The notes under the pieces were generated by a model. That model was given only the letters and a program-made list of their open reading frames with translations, searched no databases and was not told the origin of the DNA. Position numbers and translations under genes: made by a program. Of a stretch of DNA of 64,000 nucleotides, positions 1 to 11,370 are shown one piece after another; position 1 is the stretch's first letter, and each line of letters starts with the position of its first letter. Location: contig NC_090370.1 in assembly GCF_035084215.1 (NCBI RefSeq), positions 6,014,001-6,078,000 of the forward strand, read 5' to 3'. The DNA is from Heptranchias perlo (Eukaryota).

Positions 1-375
1 CTGTAGCTTCACATTTATGGTTCATGTTGTCCTCTGACCCAACCCCCCTCACTCACAACGCTTATCTAGTTCCCCTCCCCTTTTCTTAAAAAAAAAAATT
101 TAATCTACACGAAAAACAAATTTAAAAGTGTGTGCTTCCCACTTACTGAGAGCAGCAAATCTCATGGGAAATTGTTACCAGCCAATTGCAGGATGATACC
201 ATGTTTAGTGCTGACTGAAATTACAGTGAAATCTAATAGTTCTGTGCATGGTTTTTGTTCTCCAGAATGCATGATAATTGTTAACAAAAAACGTCTTTCT
301 CTTTAATCGTTAGTAATAACCTGTTTATATGATTTTTTTTAAAAATCTCTGACGGTGAGCAAACGGTATGACACC

Positions 376-1330
376 ATAGGAACAGGAGTAGGCCATTCAG
401 CCCCTCGTGCCTGCTCTGCCATTTGATAAGATCATGGCTGATCTGTGATCTAACTCCATATACCTGCCTTTGCCCCATATCCCTTAATACCTTTGGTTGC
501 CAAAAAGCTATCTATCTCAGATTTAAATTTAGCAATTGAGCTAGTATCAATTGCCGTTTGCGGAAGTGAGTTCCAAACTTCGACCACCCTTTGTGTGTAG
601 AAATGTTTTCTAATCTCGCTCCTGAAAGGTCTGGCTCTAATTTTTAGACTGTGCCCCCTACTCCTAAAATCCCCAACCAGTGGAAATAGTTTCTCTCTAT
701 CCTCCCTATCTGTTCCCCTTAATATCTTATAAACTTCGATCAGATCACCCCTTAACCTTTAAAACTCCAGAGAATACAGCCCCAATTTGTGTAATCTCTC
801 CTCGTAACTTAACCCTTGAAGTCCAGGTATCATTCTAGTAAACCCACGCTGCACTCCCTCCAAGGCCAATATGTCCTTCTGAAGGTGTGGTGCCCAGAAC
901 TGCTCACAGTACTCCAGGTGCGGCCTAACCAGGGTTTTGTACAGCTGCAGCATAACTTGTGCCCCCTTGTACTCTAGTCCTCTAGATATAAAGGCCAGCA
1001 TTCCATTAGCCTTCTTGATTATTTTCTGCACCTGTTCATGACACTTCAATGATCTATGTACCTGAACCCCTAAGTCCCTTTGGACATCCACTGTTTTTAA
1101 CTTTTTATCATTTAGAAAGTACCCTGTTCTATCCTTTTTTGATCCAAAGTGGATGACCTCACATTTGTCTGCATTTGCCACAGTTTTGCCCATTCACCTA
1201 AACTATCAATATCGCTTTGTAATTTTATGTTTTCATCTACACTGCTTACAATGCCACCAATCTTTGTGTCATCGGCAAACTTAGATATGAGACTTTCTAT
1301 GCCTTCATCTAAGTCGTTAATAAATATTGG
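376..1330 (-). mobile_element. CR1-type LINE, 5'-truncated (RT C-terminus + 3' tail)
   Basis: ORF 759..1193 KCEVIHFG...[20 protein letters not shown] is the typical CR1 ORF2 C-terminus; 3' tail ...gaatggcctactcctgttcctatg near 376-400. Confidence 0.9.
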
Positions 1331-2057
1331 TCATTAAAGGCTGCGAACAATCTCTCCAAAACAATTAATAGCTGTTCTCAGTAAATGGAAAATATTTACT
1401 TTGAAACTCATTTTCCCGTGTGATGAAATAAATCAGGAGCTAGGCATTGGATGCAGGTCTGGTGTAGTATTAATTGGAGACCTTGGTGTTTTCTGGCTTG
1501 TGCTAATTGAACTATAACTTATCTTTTCACATGAGTTATTAGACGTTATTCTTCAGTATATTGTCATAAATTCATACATTGTTTTCATGGGATACAGCAT
1601 GTATGATTGAATATACATAATAAAGAATGGTGGTCCATGAGCCTTTTGGAGTCGCTTACAGATGTCTCTAATGATTGATACTGCAGTGGCTGCCTGTTAA
1701 CAAAAATGGAAATATGAGGGGTGGGCACTATGAATATTTACACTGAATGTGTCCCATGTGCTCATTATTTTTAAGTTGATTAGTTTTTTAAAGAATATTC
1801 CTATTTACAGGGCTTGTCATCAATTGAAGCAGACATCAGTGAATGGGATCAGTAAGTGCCTTAACCCATTATGACACCTGTTGCCTCAGTCCAGTAATTT
1901 GTCAAGAAAATTGACTTCATAAAGTTATATTAACATAATAAATTATAAAGTATTTTACAATAGTGCATAAATAGAACAGCAGAGTTCAGTGAATGACAGT
2001 TTCCCAGGGATTTCAAGAATCGTAAAAATTTTTCATAATTTGGTTTTTTGCTGTCTC

Positions 2058-2821
2058 ACAGAAAATAGGAGCAGGAGTAGGCCATTCAGCCTTTCGAGCC
2101 TGCTCCACCATTCAATATGATCATGGCTGATCCTCTATCTCAATACCATATTCCCGCTCTCTCCCCATACCCCTTGATGCCTTTTGTGTCTAGAAATCTA
2201 TCTAGCTCCTTCTTAAATATATACAGTGACTTGGCCTCCACAGCCTTCCGTGGTAGAGAATTCCACAGGTTCACCACCCTCTGAGTGAAGAAATTTCTCC
2301 TCATCTCAGTCCTAAATGTCGTGCCCCATATCCTGAGACTGTGACCCCTAGTTCTGGACCCCCCAGACAGGGGAAACATCCTGCATCCAGTCTGTCTAGC
2401 CCTGTCAGAATTTTATACGTTTCAATGAGATCCTCTCTCATTCTTCTAAACGTGAGTGAATCCAGGCCGAGTTGACCCAATCTCTCCACATACGACAGTC
2501 CTGCCATCCCAGGGATCAGTCTGGTGAATCTTCGCTGCACTCCCTCTATGGCAAGTATATCCTTTCTTAGGTAAGGAGACCAAAACTGCACACAATACTC
2601 CAGGTGTGGTCTCACCAAGGCCCTGTATAACTGCAGTAAGACATCCTTGCTCCTGTACTCAAATCCTGTTGCAATGAAGGCCAACATACCATTCGCCTTC
2701 TTAACTGCTTGCTGCACCTGCATGTTTCCTTCAGTGACTCATGTACAAGGACACCCTTTGTACATCAACATTTCCCAATCTATCACCATTTAAATAATAC
2801 TCTGCCTTTCTGTTTTTCCTG
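2058..2821 (-). mobile_element. CR1-type LINE 3' fragment
   Basis: ORFs 2301..2723 and 2140..2379 (LVRPHLEYCVQFWSP; [17 protein letters not shown]) joined by a frameshift; CR1 3' tail. Confidence 0.9.
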
Positions 2822-4345
2822 TCTCAGCGGCAATAATCTTTTAGAATCATAAACATTTTTAGCACAGGAGGCGGCCATTTGGCCCATTGTGCCAGTGCTA
2901 GCTCCACATTGGTGTTAACCAAATACACTTCATATTTTTCTGCCCTAGGTTTGTACAAAGTTTGTGTAAAATGAGTTTGGAGCAAATTTGAAAAGCTCCA
3001 ATAAGCCAAAGTAACCACATTTACCTGCATTATCTTTGTAGGAGCATTACGAACCTCTTTGCTCCAAAGCCCTACTTCAATCCAATGCGCTACTAATTTA
3101 TCAGTCTCCCCCCACCCCATGAAGCCCTTTCCTTTGGTTTACTGAACCCTTTCCAATATAGGCTGTTGGGAATTATCAGTACAAGTTCAATAGTAAAAGT
3201 GAAGGCTGTCTACCTTTAGAATTGGCTTGGGGGCATCTTTGTAGGCCAGAATTGACTTCAGACAGTTTCCGAATACTGTTTTACATCTGAATCATGAGTT
3301 TTTAGCAAGATGTCTGTCAATACAGGTGGTCTTAAGAACCACTTTTACTGTGTATGCAATACTGAAATAGAGCCAGTGTTTTAGGTCATAAATTGTGCAA
3401 TTTGTGGTATTTTATTTCAAGATATGCAAAAATGCAAGTGGCAAATTTTTTTAACAATTAATTGAAAAAGTGACTTACAATTTCTGAAACATTTCCATGT
3501 AACACATTAACAGGCCATTCGGCCCAACTAGTCCATGTTGATGTTTATCCTACACATGAGCAGGAGTAGTAATTCCATGCACTCGCCAGGTTCCCATATT
3601 GCTTTATTCCCCGTTCCTTCAACCACCTATCTAACCTATTCTTAAATGTTGACATGGTCTCTGCTTCAATCTCCGGTAGTGCATTCTACAACCTCACCAT
3701 CCTCTGTCTAAATCTTTTAAATTTAATCTCATATCTATGTCCCCTTGTTCTGGACTCTCAACCACTGGAAGCATTCTGTTTCTATGTTCTCTGTCCTTAT
3801 CCCTTCATGATTTGAAGCACCTCTATCAAAGCACCCCTGTAATCCCTGTTCTAATGCAAACCCAAACAATCTCCAATCCAGTTAAGTAAAATTGCCTAAT
3901 GTGGTGTGCACCCTTTCTCTCCACAGAAACACACCCCACTTTCCTAAGCCCAGAGAGTTTAGGTGCACTCTTCTTTTTTCACTTTGGCTTGTTCCTCCTG
4001 TGGAATTAGATCAGTTAGCTCATTTAAAAGTATTAAATGGAATGTTCATTTGTGGAACCCTCCATTCAGCCCAGCTGTTTGTCAGCATGATATAGTGTGA
4101 AACTGTTTCCATGAGCCACCAAATGTATTTGTCTTAGAACTTGTTTCTAAGTAGTTTGTTATGGTTTGATGTTTGACAAGAATGTTATTTACAGTTGTTA
4201 TCAGGTGTTAGAAAGACTGGCTGATCTGCGTGATAGCCATGTTGGTTGATTCTGATTCCACAATAAAATGTATCCCCATTGCAAGGATAGATTATCGTTA
4301 TAGGATGTCTGGCTTTCTAATTCAATTAAATTGCTTCTTCAAAGT

Positions 4346-4366
4346 TCCATCACCGGCATCTCCACA
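4346..4366 (+). mobile_element. 21-bp micro-insertion (tail of the Penelope-like hairpin element) with 10-bp TSD
   Basis: tccatcaccggcatctccaca is identical to the tail of the elements at 6492 and 60678; flanked by tcttcaaagt at 4336-4345 and 4367-4376. Confidence 0.7.
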
Positions 4367-5221
4367 TCTTCAAAGTAATTAAGAGGGAATAAAAATCAGC
4401 ACTTTTTGCTGATTTCTTTGTTTTGACTGGATTTCTGAAGGGTGTTGAGATTCAAAGCTCCGTGAGGCTCATGTGTTTCATATGAAACTCTTAAACCGAT
4501 GCAAGATACTGGTTTATTCCAAGAGATAGTTTAATTTCAAGAGACTGTTCTAACTGCTGGAGAAGGGTTGGTGAGAGTTCTGAAAATAACTTTCTGTATA
4601 TTATTTAAATGTAAATACAAGACTTCCACTTTGCAATTTACCATAATCAGGGTTCATTTATTAAACGTGGACTTTGTTAATCTCGGCAAAGGGTAAAAAG
4701 TGAAAGGTACAGATTCAAGATCCTAAGGGACATGGCCCACTTACAAAACCTGCCATTTAAATGAGAAAATTGTGGTTTTAAAAGCTTGAACTGTGACACT
4801 TTGTAATGACTAGTATACAGGCCTGTGTCCGAATATAATGATGCATGAGCATCTTTTCTGACATGGCAAAGCATAAAGTCCCATTTTAAAAAGACAAGCG
4901 TCTGCAAGGATTGTTTTCAGAGTCAAGAATAAAATCCACAATACGTCCAAAGGAAAATAACATTGGTTCCTTAAATATTACCTTTATTTAATTATTAGTA
5001 AACACAATTGTTAGTATCACACATGAATGAATTCATTTCTAAGAACAGTGTGTTTGGATTTTTTAATTGACTAAAATATTTTGTTTTCTAATTAAATTTA
5101 GCCTTTGCAGGCCAATGTGACAAGAACTCTTGTTCTGTTGGCAGGTCTTAACAAAAAGTGGTCGCTGTGAGATGTGAATATTTTTGTAGGTAGCACTGCT
5201 GCTCGTCTCCTTCCAATTCAG

Positions 5222-8200
5222 TTATTTCTTCTTTCCGAAACGCTGTGGTACTGCCATGCTCCAGAACTGCGGTGGTATGACGTCCCAACCCCGGGAGTGT
5301 ATCCGACCCTCGGTGCTGTACTCTGAGGAAGCTCGAGCTTCACGCCCAAACCTGAAACGTTTAAAGGCAGAAACAAAAATGAATGTGGTTTGTTGAAGAG
5401 CAAGTCGTTAGAGGTGATCACTGCGAAGGATCATTTAAGCCTGGCTGTCACCATTGAACTGCATTAACCTTACCTTGACAACAGCAACTTGCCTTTATAT
5501 AGCACCTTTGACATAGTAAAACATCCCAAGGTGCTTCACAGACAAAACTTGATACTGAGCCACATAAGGAGATATTAGGACAGGTGACCAAAAGCTTGGT
5601 CAAAGAGGTAGGTTTTAAGGAGCGTCTTAAAGGAGGAGAGAGAGGTGGAGAGGTTTAGGGAGGGAATTCCAGAGCTTAGGGCCCAGGCAGCTGAAGGCAC
5701 AGCCGCCAATGGTGGAGTGATGAAAATCGGGGATGCGCATGAGGCCAGAATTGGAGGAGTGCAGAGATCTCGGAGGGTTGTAGGGCTGGAGGAGGTTACA
5801 GAGATAGGGAGGGACGAGGCCATGGAGGGATTGGAACACAAGGATGAGAATTTTAAAATCGAGGCTGGATTCAGGTGTTCCAGCTTCCTCCAAAAACTCA
5901 GAGAACCACTTTATACATGCTGCACTGCATATTTCATATGCACCTGTGCTTGAACAGTGAGGCAGAGATTTGGAGGAAGGTGCTGTGCCCAGTGTAACCT
6001 CTCCACCTCTCTCTCCTTTTAAGAGGCTCTGTTATACATACCTACACTATCCATTACCCAAAGGGATCAAACTCATGCTGGTGTGCGAGTGTAGAGTGAC
6101 TCCAATCTGCATCATGATGCTGTGAGCTATTAAACAGGAGCCAGCACAACCTTACCTGACCACCAGATCACCACTTTTGACGGGTCATAACAAAGGCAAC
6201 AGAACCAGAGTAGATTCAGCCGCTCTATCCGTTGATTTTTGCATTGCATTTATGCTGCAATTTGGCGCAAAAGTAATGATTCTGTCAGTTTCTCTCCATC
6301 TCTCCGATTCTCTGCTTTTCTCTCTTGCAGCCCCATCTTTGCCTCTTTCCATCTGTCTCTCTGATTTTACCCATGTTTCTCTCTCTCTATTCCTATTTCT
6401 GGTTGTCTATTTTCTCTCTGCCTCTATTTCAGATTCTCTCCTTCCTCTGTCTGCTGTCTCTTTGTTTGTCTTCTCTCTCTGATTGTCATTAGTAAACAAT
6501 TTTACAACACCAAGTTATAGTCCAGCAATTTTGGACTATAACTTGGTGTTGTAAAATTGTTTACAATTGTCAACCCCAGTCCATCACCGGCATCTCCACA
6601 TCATGATTGTCATTATACAGAGGTGTTCTGAACTTGTGACTGCAAGACATCATAGCCATGTCTGATCTTGTCCTTACCCGATTTCCACATTGGCACTTTC
6701 CAGTTATAGTCAATGGATAGCAGTCAGGAGTGGGAACATTAGTTGATTATTTCCCTTCCCTCCCTACCTAAGGGTGCAGAGGCTAATTTTGACACTCCAA
6801 CTGCCACACTTGTAGGCTATCAACTAACTGGCTAACTAACTTTTATGATTGGAAATAAAATTGAGGCAGTCCTTTTTTGCAGTGTGTTACTGAGATATTT
6901 GCTGTTTTGTATATAGCAACTTTCTACCAAATAGAACAACAATCTTTAGTCAAAAATCAGACCATCCAACACAGACCTGGAGCTGTTTATTGTGCTCCAG
7001 TGCACACCTCGTAGAAACCTACCTTTGTGGCTGGAATAAGAAGGAAGCACTTCTTCCAAATTTTTCCGGAACGTGCATAATGGAGTTCATCAGTGAGCTC
7101 AGTGTGCGATCATTTCCCAGTCTCCTTGCACTGCGCTCTTCCCCATCCTGTCAACAGTCAAATTCAACCAATTACTAAGCACACCAGCTGAAATTACAAT
7201 ATTCTCTTCACATTCATTTGCTTTAAAAATTGAGAAATTTCAGAACTGAAGATGAGGATTGTGATGCACAATCACATTTTTCTCGATCCTTTCAGCCCAT
7301 TTGATTTCATTCTTCCAAAATACCAACCCCACCATTTTTCCATTACAGCTTCAATGTCCAACTGAACAGGCAGAGAGGACCCCAGTTTAACAAATCTAAA
7401 GCACAGCAATAATAGTATTAATTAAATTGTAACATATCTAAATGAAGAGTACATTTTCTTGATCACTCCTTTCAGTGGCTAGTCATGTAGAAGCTCTCAC
7501 TAACTTCCAGCTGTTACGAAGTCTCTGAATGTTGCTCTGTTAATGACAGATAGTTAATATGCAGAAATTGGAAATGTGTCTCCAGCACTGTGTAGATACC
7601 ATGACATCACTGTATTTATAACCATATAGACAAATGTCTGCAACATGCCTCTGTACTTAGAACGTTATAGGCACTAGGAACATGTATCTAATACAGCATG
7701 GCTGTCTGGAATGTATCTCAAACACAATAGAGACACTAATAATAGTATAGACACATTAGAATTGTAACACCTCACTAACACAGTAAAGAAACTCAGACAT
7801 TCTCGTGCTTTTAGCAGTATGGACTCCTGGAATGTATCTGTGTATTTAAAACACTTGCGTAGATGTCCTGACCATTGTGTAGTGTAGACATCTGGAACAC
7901 AGTTTAGAAGTGTATTTTAAAGCTGGAATGTGTCTACTATAACAAACAAAAGGAAGTAGAAAATTCTGCTTTGGTATTATTTTGGACATGGTGGAGAAAT
8001 TATTTTTTAAAAAAGCTCTTCTACTGCCTTAGTGAATAAATATACTGTTCAATGCAGTACTGAGACACATGGACCAGAAGGTCCCAGTGTCAATTCTAGG
8101 TCTGTGCTGAGTTAGTTGACCTCATTGAGGGCAACAACTTGGACAATAGAATTTGTCGTTGTCCTCCTCCAAGCCAGGGGGGCTATCAGCCGGGGATCCT

Positions 8201-9069
8201 GCTGCTGAATACTATCCAGTGACCTCTGCTACAAAGTGTGTATACGTGGACATTCAGTCAGGGCAGGATTGGGCTCAGCTGTGTAGCACTTCCTACGGTC
8301 AAATCGCTTGCTAACACCCACTGTTTAGGTTCACAACTGGGAGTATGTTCACCGATCCCACACTCCTAGCAGAGAGCTGTGCTCGGGGAGATTGTCGGTC
8401 GGAGACAGAGCTACGACACTGCAGGGCCAATTCTACAACCTCCGCTCCCTTTGAGCAGAGCTCCCTGCTGGGAATTCGGGATTGGTGCATTTACCCTATG
8501 AAGAAAAGCGACTTGGGCTGAATACCAGAGGATAGCTGAGACCTGTGGAACGTATCCCGGCATAAGTCAGTGCCTTCAGGAGAGGAGAAGGGGAGAAAAA
8601 GGAATATAAACTGGGGGGGGGGATATTTTATACAAAAGATACACAGGATGACTGTGCATATTGACTGTTATGGAGCAGTGCACCACCATAGGTGACTTAT
8701 TCTATTTGTCCGCACTATATTACATTTTTCAAAGTCATGGTGCATAAAGCTGACAGGACAATAAATAACTATTAGTTCCCATGTCTGCCAATACTAAAAG
8801 AAGACATTTTTATCAAACGTGCAGCAAAGTGACTGTTATCACAACCCACAGAAGCATAACCAAAGTTAAAATGACAGACTAAAATCATCACTTGAATTCA
8901 GAAAAGACGGAAGAATTCTTACCACTGCAGCCAGAATTCTTCCAGGGAGACTCTCCTCATGATCTGCCTGGTAGATTGATTCTAACTCTCCCTCTTCAGT
9001 ACATGTTGCTGTCCCCATGTAGCCCACCACTAAGAAAAAGACTATCAGAAGTAGTTTACTGTCCATCAT
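5222..9069 (-). CDS. NPFF: Pro-FMRFamide-related neuropeptide FF precursor, 133 aa; exons 9069-8923, 7147-7023, 5351-5222
   Basis: Spliced translation [23 protein letters not shown]... / [42 protein letters not shown] / FGREAR...[22 protein letters not shown]. Signal peptide, FLFQPQRF-GR (mammalian NPFF octapeptide) and an NPAF-like [16 protein letters not shown] introns with matching phases (0, 2). TTTAAAAA upstream (9141-9148), AATAAA at 4983-4988 on the minus strand. Confidence 0.96.
5480..5862 (-). mobile_element. L2-type LINE 3' end in NPFF intron 2
   Basis: [19 protein letters not shown]...GPKLWNSLP...[14 protein letters not shown] is the L2 ORF2 C-terminus. Confidence 0.85.
6290..6480 (+). 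repeat. CT-rich low-complexity pyrimidine tract
   Basis: Degenerate (CT)n/(TCTC)n run seen directly. Confidence 0.75.
6492..6603 (+). mobile_element. Hairpin mini-element (Penelope-like terminal footprint) with 12-bp TSD
   Basis: 33-bp perfect inverted arms 6492-6524 / 6532-6564 plus tail; tgattgtcatta at 6480-6491 and 6604-6615. Penelope assignment is inference. Confidence 0.75.
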
Positions 9070-10679
9070 CACAGCCAATGCTGGGACGTGGAAAGAAGTG
9101 CAATACTGGTCTCTAAATCTGCAACCTACTTCGGCCTGCCTTTTTAAACAATTTCTGAACCCCACAGGGGAATGTTTGCAGATAAAGAGGAATGTTTAAC
9201 ACAGGAAAGCTTCTTTCAGTATTTAGGGGAATGATTTAAAAGCCAAAATGGGTTAAACCGCTGAAAACTCACTGCCATTAAGTGATTTAAAAAAGATAAT
9301 CGGTGTACTGGGAGTTGTCCGAGTTGAAGGACACCCATTGGATTTCTAAGTCACCTTTCCATATAGTACAGGACTCATTTGGTGTGTTATTAGCAGAATA
9401 AATCTCACAAAGTGGTCCCTGAGGCTCAAGGAATCAACTGAAGTTAATCTGCTGCCTCCGTTCAAAAAGTAAATAATAAAAAATGACAATGTTTTAATGT
9501 ACTTTTCTATCCATAACTGTGAATTATTGTAATTCACCCCAGAATAAAAATTGCTTTTCGAACGAATTATTAATATACATTATTCCTTTGAGTACTTAGT
9601 TTCCAAAATGTACACATTTCTCACTTATATTGTGCCTTGAATCTAACAGTGGTGCAAGAGAAATTCCACTGCATACTTCCTGACTAGAGCTCCCCTTGAT
9701 GAGATGTGACTTTGTGGGGACGGATTTTAACGCTGCAGAGAATAAAAGGAGGCAGCTAGCCACCCAAATTGATGACCCATATGAATCTGCTATTTTATCC
9801 TGGCCAGATCTCTCTCCAGCCAATGCTCTATCTACTAGAACTGTGCAGTGCAAAAAAAGGTGACTCCCAGACCCTGAATTACCAAGTAGCCCCAGACTTC
9901 TGACTATCCAGGACTATCCAGTTAGGCTCTTATCACCAGTCTCATTCTCTGAATTCCCAGTTGGATCCTGTATATTGGCCAGAAGTTGGAACCCTGAACT
10001 CCCAACTGTCTTTCTCAGACTCCTTCCTAAAGGTCTTCCCTGAACAATGCATAGCTTTTCCTATGATTTGTATATGTAAATCAAGGCTACCTCTTTGTGT
10101 CCACTTGCGTGTGCATATTGTCTGCTCCTCTAGACTTCGGCTCCCTACCTCTCTGTCTCCTAGTCCCTCTCTACCTTCCCTTCATCTCATGCCTCCTTCT
10201 CCTTTTCCGGTCCCAGCCTTACACATTGGACACTCTTCCACCCCCTCCCCCGCCCCCCACAACCTTACTGCAACGTGGTACCTTGTTCCATTCGTTGCTA
10301 CTTTACCAACCTCCTCTTCTGTCACTATCCCAAAGCAGCAATGGCAATTCCCACACGCCCCACCCCCACTCCGCTCTCCAGTCGGATGAGACCTCGGTGG
10401 GTCTGCTACTAGCAGCCCACTGCAGATTGCCTTGTCAACAAGGCTTTTCCCATCCACGATCTCAACCTGGACTTGATTGAAACCTGGCTCACGGATGGTG
10501 ACTCTTTCTACCTCATCGAGGCCACCTCACCTGGTAGAAGTTCCATTACGTTCCCCGCCCAGACTGTCATTTAGTGGTGAAATCAATGGAAAGGGAAATC
10601 GGGCGGGGTGTACAACAGGCGGCTGATCCGATACGGCCAGTTTTATGCCCCCGTCGAAGTTGAAAGTTCTGCCCAGTAT

Positions 10680-11370
10680 TTTAGATGAGGCCTAACCAGG
10701 GCCTTATCCAAGGAGAGTATAGTATTTTTTGTCTTCTATTTAATTGTCCTGGCAATATATCCTAGCTTTTTTGCAATAGATTTTCCTAGCAATATATCCT
10801 ATATCCATTTGCTTTTGCAACAGCCTCATGGCACTGGTTCTGAACCTTCAAAGATTCACGTGCTACAACACCCACGTCTTTCTCCTGCTCAATAGTCTTA
10901 AGCTCACAATCCTGGATGGTGTAGATATGCTTGGTGTTGGCCCTACCCACGTACATAACACTACATTTATCTATCTTAAATGACACCTGCCAGACATGGG
11001 TCCAGATCTGCCTGTAATCTATTTTCCTCATCCAAGATCCTAAGACTTGCACAAATCTTGGTATCATCGGCGAACTTGCGGACAGTTCCCCCAACACCTT
11101 CATCCAGCTCATTGATGAAGGTGGTGAAGAGCAACAGGCCTAACACCAATCCCTGTGGGACTCCACTAGTAACCAGTCCCCACACAGAAACACTGCCATT
11201 AATAACAACCTTCTGCCTTCTAGAATGCAACCAATTCCTTATCTAACCCAAACTCTGCTTGCTAGTTCCATATGACACTATCTTATTAAGTAGCCTATTT
11301 TGTGGTACCTTGTCAAAGGTTTTCTGAAAATCAAGGTATACAATGTCAACTGGGGCTACCTACTTCCACC
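10680..11370 (-). mobile_element. Degraded CR1-type LINE RT fragment
   Basis: SGVPQGLVLGLLLF...KFADDTK reverse transcriptase motifs in ORF 10976..11230. Confidence 0.88.

Noticed and set aside
1-4300. UTR-like DNA and AATAAA at 4262-4267 suggesting the 3' end of a + strand neighbour of NPFF
   Set aside because: No coding exon or stop codon could be identified, and two CR1 copies interrupt it.
5218-5421. 67-aa ORF from the track
   Set aside because: Wrong frame; the real exon is NPFF exon 3 in another frame.
6177-6482. Hydrophobic 101-aa ORF resembling a membrane protein
   Set aside because: Translation of a CT-rich tract antisense within an NPFF intron.
9961-10560. Overlapping Pro/Ser-rich ORFs
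   Set aside because: Best explained as a decayed L2 ORF1/endonuclease junction (LIETWL motif near 10470).
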